From contig NC_086109.1 in NCBI RefSeq assembly GCF_963921235.1, forward strand, positions 3,784,001 through 3,848,000: DNA of 64,000 nt. Reading direction: 5' to 3'. Shown one piece after another: positions 23,219-37,285 of this stretch (position 1 is the first letter of the stretch; the number at the start of each line of letters is the position of its first letter). The notes under the pieces were generated by a model. The model saw only the letters and a list, made by a program, of their open reading frames with translations. It had not been told where the DNA came from and did not search any database. The DNA comes from Mobula hypostoma (lineage: Eukaryota). The position numbers were made by a program, and so were the translations under genes.

Positions 23219-23750
23219 TGGTTTAAATATCTTGAAATAAATCTCTGGGCTGAACTTGTGGATGCAAGATGTGACATTTACAAAGCAACTATGATATCCA
23301 ATGCTCTTCTCCCCTGTTCTCTGTAATACCTGCTTCCTAAAGCCTGGGTGGTGAGAAGCACTTTAAAGATGTAATCTTTTCCGAGACCCTGTGACACCAG
23401 ACGCAGACATCTATGGCTTATCAATTAGATACAGTGGCTTCCTGAGTAACATGGAAATAAGTTGGCGCCAGAAACAAATTAGCACCGTGGACTGCCTTCA
23501 GCACATCCTCTCCAATCCACTCTATCGAGGCCTTTCAACATTCAATAGATTTCATTGAGAGTTCTTCTGAATTCCAGTGAGAAGAGGCCTAGGGCCATCA
23601 AATGCTTCTCATAAGATAAGCTTTTTATTCCTCAAATCATTTTTGTGAACCTTCTTTGAACCCTGTCCAACATCAGTACATCCTTTCTTAGTTAAGGGGC
23701 CCAAATCTGCTCACAACACTTGCAGGCTGATTAAGTGAACTACACGCATT

Positions 23751-24179
23751 TCCCTCCAAGAGGACCACAACCTTGTTGTAGGGTTTGGAGGCTTGCGTGC
23801 CTCAGTGCCCCAGAGAGCTATGCTGGCTGGAGTCAGGGATTTCTGCATTGGCTCTTGGTCGGGTCACCCATGACAAACAGGTCAAAGGGTAGAGGCCGGA
23901 CTAAGAGTGACTACTGATCCTCCAGGTTCGGGGGTTCAGCTCAGGGCTAACAACCCTGCCTGGTAAAAAAAAACTGTTCCAGAAACAGCAGTGAGGAATC
24001 CTTCATTCAGTGGGCCAGTGTGATGATGTTCCTGAGTCTCCTGCTGGGGCTTGCATGAATGACAGTAGTGAAAACCGAGCAGAAGCTAATGGCATGGTGA
24101 AGGAAGTCCTGAACGTTACCAGAGATGAAGGCCCTTCATTGCTGCCCTAAACGCCAGTGGCGTAACAGGCAGTAAGTAA
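23751..24179 (+). mobile_element. Bipartite non-autonomous RTE element (Expander/Rex3-like 5' UTR fused to 3' tail)
   Basis: GGGTCACCCATGACAAACAGGTC and GGGCTAACAACCCTG resemble RTE 5' UTRs; ends GCTGCCCTAAACGCCAGTGGCGTAACAGGCAGTAAGTAA. Confidence 0.6.
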
Positions 24180-24183
24180 ATAT

Positions 24184-24670
24184 ATCATGAACACGGCACA
24201 GCACATCACACAAACCAATCTTCCGTCCGTGGACTCACTTTACACTGCACGCTGTCGGAGCAGTGCTGCCAGGATAATCAAGGACACGACCCACCCAGCC
24301 AACACACTTTTCGTCCCTCTGCCCTCCGGGAGAAGGCTCAGGAGCTTGAAGACTCGTACGGCCAGATTTGGAAGCAGCTTCTTTCCAACTGCGATAAGAC
24401 TGCTGAATGGATCCTGACCCAGATCTGGGCCGTACCCTCCAAATATCCAGACCTGCCTCTCGGTTTTTTTGCACTACCTTACTTTCCATTTTTCTATTTT
24501 CTAATTATGATTTATAATTTAAATTTTTAATATTTACTAATTTTAACTATTTTTAATATCTTTAATATTTAATATTTGTAATCCAGGGAGTGTAAAGCGC
24601 AGAATCAAATATCACTGTGATGATTGTATGTTCTAGTACCAGTTGTTTGGCGACAATAAAGTATAAAGTA
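24184..24670 (+). mobile_element. Young Rex1/Babar 3' fragment
   Basis: NTAQHITQTNLPSVDSLYTARC...LPSGRRLRSLKTRTARFGSSFFPTAIRLLN; 3' UTR shared with 32100-32603 and 50245-50491. Confidence 0.9.
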
Positions 24671-25242
24671 TACATATAATGCAGCTTAAACTGAACTATA
24701 AATTAACCAGTTAACTGTGACAGGTACTGCCCCTGCCCAATGTTTACTGAGTCCACGGTAATCATCCTGGTCTCACTCACCCTGTTCTGAGAGTGAGACT
24801 CGGCACTCCAGCTCCGGAAATCGCCTTGCTGTGGTGGAATTGCGGGCCTTATGTGTCAGAATCTCACTTCTACCAGGCCCTGAATCAGCACATTAAAACA
24901 GCAAGCAGTAACTAAAGAGAGAAACCCACCGAGAACATTCCCTCAGAGTTTAGTCAGGTCATCGACAGGGATCAGGTACTGAATTAACACACAGAATATT
25001 ACCTTAAAGGACAAGAGGTCAGGAATTCAAATCTCACAAGGCAACTGGGAAAATTAAATTTAAATAAATCTGGAATTTAAAAATGCTAGCAGCAATAATG
25101 GTGAGCAGGAGTTTAAAACCCCAGCGGTTCCATTAATTTCCTTCAGGACAAGATAAGCGTGAGCTCGTTCAGACAGTTCAAAAGGACGTTCCTTAAAGGG
25201 AAATTACAAGCTGCAGATTGTAGCTATCATAGCTCAGAAACC

Positions 25243-25612
25243 TATTGAATAGTGAAAACCTTGGTAGAGTGGATGTGGAAAGGATGTTTCCTGTGGTGGG
25301 GGAGTCCAAGACCAGAGCACACAGCCTCAGAATAGTTGGGGCATCCTTTTAGAACAGAGATTAGGAGGAATTTCATTAGCCAGAGAGTGGTGAACCTGCG
25401 GAATTTGTTGCCACAGGCAGCTGTGGAGGCCAAGTCAGTGGGTGTATTTAAGGCAGAGGTTAATAGATTCTTCATTAATCAGGGCATGAAGGGATAAGGG
25501 GAGAAGGCAGGAGATTAGGGCTTAGAGGGAAATGGATCAGTCATGAAGAAATGGTGGAGCAGAGTCGATGGGCCAAGTGGCCTAATTCTGCTTCTCTATC
25601 TTATGGTCTTAT
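25243..25612 (+). mobile_element. CR1 3' fragment
   Basis: AGCCAGAGAGTGGTGAACCTGCGG; (TCTTATGG)n tail. Confidence 0.85.
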
Positions 25613-25749
25613 GTTCTTAGAAGTATATCTAATAATTTTGTGAGCTGCCTGCAAGCTGTCATTGTATATTGCCAGTGACATCAGGCTCCTGAACCAGCGT
25701 AGATAACTTCACTCACCTGAACCACAACCTCAAGGACTCTACAACTTTA

Positions 25750-28228
25750 TATGATGGAATAGGTGGCTTTATTGCCAAGTTTGCAGTTGATTGGTGGAGG
25801 GCAGGCAGTGTTGAGGAAACAGGTAGACTGCAGAAGGGTTTTGACAGATTAGGAGAAAGTGACAAATGAAATACAATGTTGGAAAATGCATGGTCATGCA
25901 CTTTGATAGAAGAACTAAATATACACACTATTTTCTAAACAGAGAGAAAATCCAAAAATCTGAGATGCAAAGGGACTTGGGAGTCCTTGTGCAGAACAAT
26001 CTAAAGATTAACTTACAGGTAGAGTCAGTGGGAGAAGAAGGCAAATGAAATGTTAGCATTCATTTCAAGACATCTAGAATACAAGAGTAGGGATGTGATG
26101 CTGAGGCTTTATAAGGTGCTGGTAAGGACTCACCTTGAATATTGTGAACAGTTTTAGACTCTTCATCCAAGAAAATATCTGGTGGCGTTGGAGAGGGTTT
26201 AGAGGAGGTTCACAAGGATGATTCCGGGAATGAAAGGGTTATCATATCAGGAACGTTTGATAGCTCTGGGTCTGTGCTCACTGGAATTTAGAAGGATAAG
26301 GTGGGTTCTCATTGAAGCCTTTCGAATGTTGAAAGGCCTAGACATGGTAGATGTGGAAAGGATGTTTCCCATATGACCATAAGACACAGGAGCAGAATTA
26401 GGCCATTCAACCCATTGAGTCTATTCCATCATTTCATCATGGCTGATCCTGGATCCCACTCAACCCCATTCACCTGTCTTCTCACCAGATCCTTTTATAC
26501 CCGCACTGATTAGGAAACGATCAACTTCCGCCTTAAATATACTCACAGACTTGGCCTCTACCGCAGTCTGTGACAGAGCATTCCACAGATTGACTACTCT
26601 CTGGGTAAAAAAAAAATTCCTTCTAAAGGGACACCCTTCTAGTTCTGGATACCCCCACCATAGGAAACATCCTCTCCACATCCACCCTATCTAGTCTTTT
26701 CAACATTCGGTAGGTTTCAATGAGATTCCCTCCCTCCCGCATTCTTCTAAATTCCAGTGAGTACAAGCCCAAAGCTGCCAAACGCTCCTCATATGTTAAC
26801 CCCTTCCTTCCCAAAACCATCCTCGTGAATCTCTTCTGGATTCTGTCCAATGACAACACATCTTTTCCGAGATCTGGGGCCCAAAACTGTTGAAAATACT
26901 CCAAGTGCAGCCTGACTAGTGTGTTATAAAGGCTCAGCATTATCTCCTTGCCTTTATATTCTATTCTCCTTGAAATAAATACCAACGTTGCATTTGCCTT
27001 CTTTACCACAGACTCAACCTGTGAATTAACCTTCTGGGAGTCTTGCACGAGGACTCCTAAGTCCCTCTGCCCCTCTGATATCTGAACCTTCTCCCCATTT
27101 AGATAATAGTCTGCACTATTGTTCCTTTTACCAAAATGCATTATCATACATTTCCCAACATTGTATTCCTTCTGCCACATTTTTGCCCATTCTTCCAATT
27201 TGTCTAAGTCCTGCTGCAATCGCATTGCTTCCTCAGCACTACCTACCCCTCCACCTTTCTTTGTATCATCCACAAACTTTGTCACAAAGCTATTAATTCC
27301 ATTATCCAAATCACTGACAAACAATGTGAAAAGTAGCCGTCCCGATACTGACCCCTGAGGAACACCACTGGTCACAGGCAGCCAACCTTTATCCCCATTC
27401 ACTGCCTCCTGCCTGTCAGCCATTTCGCTATCCATGCCAGAATCTTTCTGTAACACCATAGGATTTTATCTTGTTAGGAAGCCTCATGTGGCACTTTCTC
27501 AAATACCTTCTGAAAATCCAAGTTAATGACATTCACTGCCTCTCCTTTATTCACCTTGCTTGTTACTTCCTTGAAGAACTCTAACAGATTTGTCAGGCAA
27601 GATTTCCCTTTACAGAAACCATGCTTATTTTATCATTAGTCTCCAAGAACCTCAAAACCTCATCCTTAATAATAGACTCCAACACTTCCCCAACCACTGA
27701 GATTAGGCTCACTGGCCTATAATTTCATTTTTTTTTTTTGCCTTTCTCCCTTCTTAATGAGTGGACTGACATTTGCAATCTTCCAGTCCTCTGGGATCAT
27801 GCCAGACTCAAGTGATTATTGAAAGATCATGGCCATTGCATCCATTATTTCTTCAGCAGCCTCTCTCAGGACTCTGGGATGTAGTCCATCTGATCCTCCT
27901 TTCCCATGGTGGGGGAGCCTAGAGCAAGAGGACACAGCCTCAGGATAGAGGGGCATCCATTTAAGACAGAGATGCAGAGTAATTTCTTTAGCTAGAAGGC
28001 GGTGAACTTGTGGAATTTATTACCACAAGCAGCTGTGGAGGCCAAGTCTTTGGGTGTATTTAAGGTAGAACCTGATAGGTTCTTGATTGGACATGGCATC
28101 AAAGTTACAGGGAGAAGGCCGGGGAGTGGGGCTGAGGAGGGGAAAATACAGGATCAACCATGATTGAATGGCAGAGCAGACTCGATGGGCCAAATGGCCT
28201 AATTCTGCTCCTTTGTCTTATGGTCTTA
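25750..28228 (+). mobile_element. CR1 RT/3' fragment, split by an antisense CR1
   Basis: MKYNVGKCMVMHF...QRDLGVLV; resumes at 27900 (TTTCCCATGGTGGGGGAG) and runs to the tail. Confidence 0.85.
26373..27899 (-). mobile_element. CR1 5'-truncated copy (RT plus tail) with 8-bp TSD
   Basis: TSD TTTCCCAT at 26365-26372 and 27900-27907; ORF GVPQGSVSG...KFVDDTK. Confidence 0.88.
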
Positions 28229-28639
28229 CGGAAAGAAGAGAAGAGGAATGACCAGGGTGGCTGGAGTTTTAGATTATTCCAGCTACTTTACTGAGGCAGC
28301 AAAATGTGTAGACAGAGCCCATGGAGGGGAGGCTGGTTTGTACGATGTGCTGAGCTGTGTCCACAACTTTGTGCAGTTTCTTGTGGTCACAGGCCTGTAC
28401 CAAGCCGTGTTGCATCTCGGTATCATACTTTCTATGGTGCTTCATATAAATGTCCCATTGGCCCTAGAGACCCAGTGGCCAGTGACCCCTAGGGTTCTAG
28501 TCCCAACCATGTTCAGCTTCATCTTCATAAGGTTGGGTGGGGGGGGGGGGACATTGGCTTTTGGCTGTGCAATATTCAGTTCCATTGCCAGCTTCTCAGC
28601 ACGTACCAGCTTGCAGAAAGATTTGGATAACATACTGGG

Positions 28640-29225
28640 TGCTCAGATGGCCAGTACCATCTGTGCCAGGGGATCACCATCACCAGTACGAGTAAGTGTC
28701 TATCAGGACACAGCAGCAGCCAGGCCAGTGGCACCGTGGCTGGCTCCAAGGCTCAGCACGGAAGGGTAAAATCAGGCACAGCAATAGTGATAGGAAATTT
28801 GATAGTGAGGGGACAGACAGGAGATTCTGGGGCCAGGAAAGAGACACCAGGATAAGTGCAGGTGCTAGGGTCCAGGATATCACAGAGAAGCTGCAAGAGG
28901 GGGTGAATTGACAGAGGTCATGGTGCACATTGGCACCAATGACATAGGTAGAAAGAGGGAAATCCTGCGCAAAGAGCATCGGGAGTTAGGGAAGAGGCTG
29001 AGGATCAGGACTTCCAAGGTAATAATCTCCAGATTTTTCCCAGTAACGCGTGCTAGTCAGGGCAGGAAGAGGATGATAGTGCAGGTGAATGAATGGCTGA
29101 GGAATTGGTGCAGGGGGCAGGGTTGCAGATTTCTGGATGATTGGGATCTCCTCTGGGGAAGGTACGACCCGTACAAACAGGGTGGGTTATACCTGGAGCT
29201 GAGGGGGATCAATATCCTTGTGTCC
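28640..29225 (+). pseudogene. CR1 ORF1 esterase fragment
   Basis: GTDRRFWGQERDTR...GARVQDI and VMVHIGTNDIGR...WLRNWCRGQGCRFLDDWDL. Confidence 0.82.
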
Positions 29226-30329
29226 TTGCGGCATCGAGAGGTTAGAAGGATGCCTTTCTTAACCTGATCTCACAAGCAATAAAACCATTCACGTGTACGC
29301 TCAGTTTTCCTGTTTCTTCTTGCTTTTGAAGGATTTCCTCTGCAAATTAACACATGGCGTGGTGGCATCATCGTTAGTGACCCACGTTCACTTCCCGTCC
29401 CTGTCTGAAAGGAGTTTTTACTTCCCATGACCATGTGGGTTAACCTCAGGCACTCCGATCCTTCTCACATTCCAAAGAGGTACAAGTTAGTCAGTTAATT
29501 GTTGACTTAGCTGTATTTGGGTGGTGCAGGCTTGTTGAGCTGAAAGGACCTGTCACAGTTCTGTATCTCAAAATCTAAAAAATGAAAAACACAGTAATTT
29601 AATCACTAAATATTCACTTTCTGAAGGAACTTTGGCTGAATTTCCCCAACCTTGTTCACTTTAGATGGTTTGTCGTTGGTCTGGTAACGGTTCTCGTTTT
29701 ATGATTGAAGTTCACTAGTTTTTTTGAGAATGAATTACCAGCTGCCTCAAAACAAAGGCCGTTTGGAGATTCTCTGCTGGTAGATTCAAGCTGGTATGGT
29801 TTTCTGATGAAGCAGTGGTTTGTAACAAAAACTAATGGTTTACTGAAGTTAATGTGATTCATGAATGCACGGGAAGTCAGGCATGATCCTAATTAAGTGA
29901 GAACCTGAGTAAATTTTAGCACCTTCCTTATGAATGCAGGCAACTCCCCAAAGCAATGACCCTTGGATGGCTGAGGTCTGCTGAATTCCAGCTCACTGCA
30001 GTACATTGGAAAGTGCCGTTTCATTTCAATCCGCGGAGTACGTTTCTCGTACTCTCAGTGTTCTCCCCTCCCAGCTCTTCTGGCCTTTCTCCTGACTGCT
30101 CATAGTCAAACCGGCTGCTCTTTACTTCAGAGACTCTGGTTGCTGTTTCAGAGTGCGGTTTACCATTGACGTTTCTGAATATTTAAGGCACCATCATTAG
30201 AAGCCATGGAAGTCTGTAATCCCACAGTGATATTCACAGCAGCTGGTTGATCGCTCGTACGCACTGTGGCAGGGATATGCCCTTCAGGAGAGTGTCAAAA
30301 ATTAGCAATTCAGATGAGTAACAAATGTT

Positions 30330-31400
30330 ATAACATGTATATCACCTGAATCACAAAGATGGCATGCCGCCGGCTCTACTTATTTGGGAGATTGAGGAGA
30401 TTCGAGTCGTCAACAAAGACACTTGAAAGTTTCTACGGAGGTACCCGCAGAGAGCATTTTGACTGGTTTCATCTTCGTCTGGTCTGGAAGCTCTGATGCA
30501 CAAGACTGCAAGAGGATGCGGAGGTTTGTAGACTCAGACAGCTCCATCACAGGCACGGCCTTCCCCACCAGGGTGGTGCCTCAACAAAGGCAGCATCCAT
30601 CACGAAGGACCCTCGCTATCCACGGCATGTACTCTTTTCATTATTTTCATCGGGGAGAAGGTACAGGAGCCTGAAGACTCACACTAACAGTTTAGGAACA
30701 GCTTACAGGTGTCCCCCGCTTTACAAAAGTTTGCTTTACACCACTTCGCTTTTACGAAAGACCGACATTAGTACCTGTTTTCGCTAACCGAAAGAAATCC
30801 GGAGGATTTTCGCTTTTACGAAAAAAGGCGTCCACTTTAAACTTGTGTTTACCCCGAGAAAGACTACCATGACCGTGAAGCCTTGCGCGGGCAGGTGTGT
30901 GTGCGTGCGTGTACATGATGATTTTTTTCTACAAATCAGTCTTGGCTAAATCTTCCTGATTCTGCTAAGTGAAACTACACTGTACGTACATTATTTCTAC
31001 TTTATATAGGCTGTGTATTTATCATATCATTCCTGCTTTTACAATATGTTAGTGTTAATTTAGGGTTTATGTGCTATTTGGTATGATTTGGTAGGTTATC
31101 TTTTTGGGTCTGGGAACGCTCAAAAATTTTTCCCATATAAATTAATGGTAATTGCTTCTTCGCTTTACGCCATTTCAGCTTACTGGAGGTTTCATAGGAA
31201 CGCTCTACTTTCCGATAGTGGGGGAAGCCTTCTGCCATCAGATTTCTGATCAGTTTTTGAACCCATGAACACTACCCCATTATTCAACTTCTTTTGAATT
31301 ATGCATTTATTAGGTAATTTAGTTTTAATTTTATGTTTTTGCACTGCACTGTTGCAAAGCAACAAATTTCACATCATACTAGTTAGTGATAATAAACCCG
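30330..31400 (+). mobile_element. Rex1/Babar 3' fragment interrupted by a DNA transposon
   Basis: ESILTGFIFVWSG...DCKRMRRFV; AGGAACAGCTT|...|TCTGCCATCAGATTTCTGA split. Confidence 0.7.
30706..31230. mobile_element. Tigger/pogo-like non-autonomous DNA transposon
   Basis: Starts TA-CAGGTGTCCCCCGCTTT and ends GATAGTGGGGGAAGCCT (imperfect TIR); subterminal CGCTTTTACG repeats. Confidence 0.6.
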
Positions 31401-31690
31401 TCAACTTCTGGTCAAGGTGGAGGAAAGCTGCAGTCGCCATTGAGATTGTGGCTCAGTTCTTTTTTAGGTTTGTCAGGATGACTTTGGGGACAGAGAGGGG
31501 GCTTAGGAGTCAGGCTAGGGTTTAGGGACAGGGATGTGGGGGACTGGAGTTCCTTGCAGGCAGCAGGCATGATGACTACTGACCTCCCTCAGTATGTGAA
31601 TTGGCAACACCAGAGGTGAGGCCTAGTATTTGGGGTCCTGTTATCAGCGAGTGTGGAATTCAAGGCCTGTCTGCAAATCCAATGTTGAAC

Positions 31691-32603
31691 TTCGGTAATG
31701 ATGAGTTTGAGTACAGAGAGGAAATTAAGAACCTGGTGGCATGGTGCGAAGACAATAACCTATCCCTCAACGTCAGCAAGATGAACGAATTGGTTGTTGA
31801 CTTCAGAAGGAGTAGTGGACCGCATGACCCAATTTACATTGGTGGTGGGCAAGTGGAACAGGTCAAAAGCTTTAAGTTCCTTGGGGTCAATATCACAAAT
31901 GACCTGACTTGGTCCAACCAAGCAGAGTTCACTGCCAAGAAGGCCCACCAGTGCCTTTACTTCCTGAGAAAACTAAAGAAATTTGGCCTGTCCTCTAAAA
32001 CCCTCACTAATCTTTATAGATGCATGTAGAAAGCATTCTTCTAGGGTGCGTCACAACCTGGTATGGAAGTTGTCCTGTCCAAGACCGAAAGAAGCTGCAG
32101 AAGATCGTGAACACGGTGCAGCACATCACACAAACCAATCTTCCATCCTTGGACTCACTTTACACCGCACGCTGTTGGAGCAGGGCTGCCAGGATAATCA
32201 AGGACACGACCCACCCAGCCAACAGATTTTTTATCCCTCTTCCCTCCGGGAGAAGGTTCAGAAGCTTGAAGACTCATATGGCCAGATTTGGGAATAGCTT
32301 CTTTCCAACTGTGATAAGACTGCTGAACGGATCCTGACCCGGATCTGGGCCGTACCCTTCAAATATCTGGACCTGCCTCTCGGTTTTTTTGCACTACCTT
32401 ACTTCTAATTTTTCTATTTTCTATTTATGATTTATAATTTAAATTTTTAATATTTATTAATTTAAACTATTTTTTAATATTTTTAATATTTAATATTTGT
32501 AATCCAGGGAGTGTGAAGCGCAGATTCAAATATCACTGTGATGATTGTACGTTCTAGTACTAATTGTTTGGCGACAATAAAGTATAAAGTAAAAGTAAAG
32601 TAA
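31691..32603 (+). mobile_element. Young Rex1/Babar 3' fragment
   Basis: YREEIKNLVAWCEDNNLSLNVSK...KKAHQCLYFLRKL; (AAAGT)n tail. Confidence 0.92.
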
Positions 32604-32610
32604 CACGATT

Positions 32611-32888
32611 GTCTGTAAACCCAATGTTGAACCCCGATGTCTGCAAATCCAATGTCAAATCCCAATGTCAAACTCGATTGTCTACAAATCCAGTGTCGAA
32701 ACCCAATGTCTGCAAATCCAATGTCAAACTCGATTGTCTGCAAATCCAGTGTCAGACTCCACTGTCTGCAAATCCAATGTCAGACTCCACTGTCTACAAA
32801 TCCAAGGTCGAACGCAGTTGTCTGCAAATCCAATGTTGAGCCCCAATGTCTGCAAATCTAGTGTTGAAGCCCAGTGTATGCAAATCCA
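32611..32888. repeat. 28-bp minisatellite (GTCTGCAAATCCAATGTC...), about 10 units
   Basis: Unit starts at 32611, 32639, 32680, 32708, 32736, 32764, 32792, 32820, 32848, 32876. Confidence 0.95.
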
Positions 32889-34537
32889 TGAATTGACTGG
32901 CGGCTGTAAACTTTGTTTCCCTGTGGTTTTGTTGTTGTTTCTGTTGTTCTGCCAAGCATCATGGGCTTGCTACGTTGGCACCGAAGTGTGTGGCAGCACG
33001 TACAGGCTGCCCCTTGCACAGCCTTAGAGGGTCTAATGCAAACGAAACATCTCGCTCTGTGTTGGTCTGATTCTGAGCTGAGGCCACATCTGACAGAAGA
33101 GATGAATGTGGTGTCAGGGAACTACCCAAAGGGACATGATATTTTTAAAATTTTATGTATTGAGGTACATCATGGAAAAGGTCCTTCCGCTCTTCAAGCC
33201 GTGCTGCCCAGTAATCCCCTGATTTAACCCCAGCCTAATCACGGGACACTTTACAATAACCAATTACCCTGCTAACCAGTATGTTTTTTAGACTGCTGAG
33301 GAATCCAGAGCAGCTGGAGGAAACCCACGCAGTCACGGAGAGATTGTACAAACTCCTTACAGACAGTGGCAGAGTTGGCGAAGTTCACCTGTGCAGCACA
33401 ATATTGTAAATTCCACTCATCAAATTCTTCACCTGACACAGTAAGGTCTCACGGAAAAAGTCAGCAAGGCATAAGGTGCTCAGCACTGCTTCTTTCTCCA
33501 CAGATGCAGTCTGACTTGTTGTGTGTAGAGTATTAGAGCGCCTGTTAACCCCGGCAGTATCACAAGCTGTTGTGTCGAGACACCCAGTGAGTTGTTAGTT
33601 AATGTGGGTGCCTGCGTTAATTGTTAATGGCGGAATGTGAACTCGTGGTCGGTTCCATTGTTCCGCACCGCTTGAAGCATCAGGCACGATTAAAATCGGC
33701 GAGGACGGGAGCAGAAAATGAGCAGGTACTCAGTGCCTGCCTGCGTTTGCTCTGGCTGCTGCCGGTGGAAGGGGCAGTGTCCCGGGTCTGATCGCCTCGC
33801 CAGCTCATGGATGTGTGACTCACTTTTGGTTGCGGTTTGATGCTTAATGTCCTCAGGGCGGAACACCCTTAAGTGTTTGCATGATTTGATCGAGCCACTT
33901 TGCCACCGAACTGGATCTGCAGCTATAACCTGCAGCCATCGACACACCACCTAACTGACTGACTTGGCGGCCTTCAGCTCTCGGGCTAGGTCCACTCACC
34001 TCAGCGGCTCATGGCTGTGGACTCGCTTTTGGGGATTCTGTGGTTTGACGTTAAATGTCCTGTGTGTTATTTTGTCACTTTTTGTTGTTTGTGTGATTTG
34101 TTCTTTTTTTCTCACATTGATGGTCTTATTGTGTAGGAGTTTCCTTTAAACAGTTCTATGGTGCCTCTTTGTTTTGTGGCTGCCTGCAAGAAGACAAATC
34201 TCAAGGTTGCGTACTGTATACATACTTTGTTGATAAATGTACTTCGAACTTTGACCAAGAGGAAACATTCTTTCCACATCTACTCTTGTCAAGACTCCTC
34301 GGGATCCAAAATGTATGGAAACTCCAAGATAGCCGGAAATTGCTTCGATGTAGAGCAACTCTAATCCTTACAGAATATTTATTTTCACACACAGTGAAGA
34401 TTACTGCCTGTGCTGGAACAAACTAGATTGACGCTGCAGAATCAAAAATAAGGCTGACAATTCACTTGCTCTTATTTTTTGTTTGAGCTAATTGCATTTT
34501 TAATGTCCTTTTAAACAGCTTAAATTCCTGAAATTCC

Positions 34538-34780
34538 GGGGCAGCGAGGTAGCGTAGTGGTTAGCACAATACTCTGCTGTACAGGCAACCCAGGTGCAAC
34601 TCCTGTTAGGAGCCTGTAAGGAGTTTGTACATTCTCCTCACGTCTCTGAGGGTCTCCTCCGGGTGCTCCAGTTTCCTCCCTCGGTCTAAAGACGTATTGG
34701 TCATTGCAAATCGGGTGATTGCTAGGCAGCATGGCTCAAAGGGCCAGAAGGGCCTACTCCACGGTGTAGCTCAAAAATAA
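34538..34780 (+). mobile_element. V-SINE (HE1-like)
   Basis: GGTAGCGTAGTGGTTAGCAC head; CTCCGGGTGCTCCAGTTTCCTCCC V-domain; A-rich tail. Confidence 0.82.
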
Positions 34781-36129
34781 AAGTAAAATAAAACCTCTTT
34801 ACAGCCATCGCCTTTACCCTGGGGTGGAAATGCTGTAATACAAGAGGATATAATTGCTAGGTTATTGGAGGAAAGTATAGGGGAGATATCTGAGGTAACT
34901 TCTCCACCCAGAGAGTGGTGGGTGTGTAGAATGCCCTGTCAGGGATCATGGTAGAGTCGGATACACTAGAGACATTTCAAAAACTTTTACATAGTCACAT
35001 GGATGAAAGAAAAGTGGAGGGCTCAGTGGAAAGGAAGAGTTAGACTGATTTTAGAATAGGTTAAAAGGTCGTCAGTCACTACATCGTGGGCTGAAGTTCT
35101 TATACTGTGCTGCATTTTTCTGTCTTTTATGTTTCAATCAATTTCCTCTCTTCTCAACTCCAGTAGATACAAATAATGGTATGGCCATTTCCAGATATCA
35201 GTCCAGTAAACCTCTGAAACGTTTCCAATGAATTCACATCCTCTTATTGATGAAGAGACCAGTACTGTTCGTCATGTTCCAGGTGTGGTCTCATCAATAC
35301 AGTACATATCTGAAGCACGGTCTCCATCCAGCACCCTCTTTGACTTTCTACCATCAGGCAGGAGACTCCGATGCATACAAACAAGAACAGTCAGGATGGG
35401 AAACAGTTTCTTCCCTCAGGCCATTAGGCTTCTGAACTCCCTATCACATCGCATTCAAAGTGTCACTGGTTAATCTGTTCCGTACCTTACAATATTTAAT
35501 TTGTGCACTTTGTTTATGAATGTGTAATTCACCTGTAGGTTTCATCCTTACTTTATTAAGTTATTCTGTGTAATGTGTGTTACGTATACAACTGTGCTTT
35601 ACACCCTGGTTCAGAGAAACATGGTCTCGTTTGGCGGTATACATGTATATAGTTAAATGACAATAAACTTGACTTGACTTGACCCCTGAATTCGGTTTCC
35701 TATCAGAGAACAGGTTGGACTTTGTGTTAACTGGCAACACCTCCAGACCAGCCTTGTGTGTGAAGTGTGCACAAGGACACTGGGTCCTTCTGTGTCCCAG
35801 AGCTCTCACCCATCAGATGGTCTGTTTCTCTTCATCGTTCCGTCCAAAATGGGAATTACAGAATTAGAATCAGAATCGGGTTTATTATCGCTGACGCTGT
35901 GAGATTTGTTGTTTTGCGGCAGCAGTACAGTAGGGTGAATAAAATAGACCAGACGTAGCAATAATAAATGTGAAAATACAAGTAGTGCAGAAAGAGAGAA
36001 AAATAATGAGATAGTGTCCATGGGTTCACGGACTGTTCAGAAATTTCATAGAGGAGGGGAAGCTGTTCCTAAAACGTTGAGCGTGGATGCTTTTAACTAA
36101 TGTCATTTTGTCTTTTATTTTCAAGTTTG

Positions 36130-37285
36130 CACTTCCTCATCTACCTGCTGAACAGAGCCTACTCCCATGTGGATAAGCAGGGCAGTACTGTGAGGATCAT
36201 GTTTTTTTTCATTTCTCAAGTGCCTTCAATACCATTCAGCCCTCATTGCTGGGGGGAAAAGCTCCATTCACTGCAGAATGGCACTTCCATTGTATCCAAG
36301 ATAATGGACTACCTGACTGGCAGAGCACAGTATGTGTGGCTTCAGAGCTGTGTGTCAGACATGGCTATAAGCAGCACAGGGTACCCACAGGGGACTGTAT
36401 TGGCTCCTTTCCTGTTTACCCTGTATACCTCACACTTCAGATACAACACTGGGTCATGTCATCTGCAGAAATTCTCTGATGACTCAGCAATAGATGAGTG
36501 TATAAAGGGAGGACGAGAGGATGAATACAGGGCCCAAGTGGAGGAATTTGTCAAACGGTGCAAGCGGAAACATCTGCAGCTCAACATCAGTAAGACAAAG
36601 GAGATGGTGATGGACTTCAGGAAGACGAAGCCTGCATTGCTCCTTGTTAATATTGATGGTGAGGAAGCCTCAAGTACCTAGGGGTGCAGTTGGATGACAG
36701 ACTTGAGTGGAGCACCAACACAGAGACTGTGTACAAGAAGGGCCAGAGATGCCTCTACTTCCTAAGGAGACTGAGGTCCCTCGGAGTATGGAGGCCTCTC
36801 CTTCGCATGTTCTACCAGTCTGTTGCCGCCAGTGCAGTCTTCAATGCGATGGTGTGCTGGGGCAATGGCATCAACACTGGTAATGCCAACAGGTTCAATA
36901 AACTGATTAGAAAGGCTGTCTCTGTTATATGAGTCAAACTGGACACACTGGAGGCTGTGGTAGAACAAAGGACCCTATGGACAATCCTGGCAATTTTGAA
37001 CTATGTTTCTTACTCTCTGCATGCCACCTTGGCTGAACAGAGGAGCACTTTTAGTAATAGACTAAGACAACTGTGCTGCTCCAAAGAGCGATATATGAGG
37101 TCATTCTTACCCCCAGCCATTAGGCTCTATAATGAGTCAACCTATAACCCCTCCTGTTAGACGGTTTGAGGTAACTTTTTTTTATATTTTCTTATTTCTC
37201 TTCTAATATTTGTATATCTGTGCACTTGTTTTGCTACTGTGACATTGTAATTTCCTTTGGGATCAATAAAGTATCAATCTATCTT
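36130..37285 (+). mobile_element. Rex1/Babar RT fragment (distinct subfamily)
   Basis: PQGTVLAPFLFTLYT...HLQKFSDDSAI...LNISKTKEMVMDFRK; KKGQRCLYFLRRL; (TATC)n tail. Confidence 0.9.

Noticed and set aside
32609..33027. Cys-rich repetitive ORFs (LDCLQIQCQ, SANPMS)
   Set aside because: Translations of a 28-bp minisatellite whose period is not a multiple of three; the same motifs appear in all frames.
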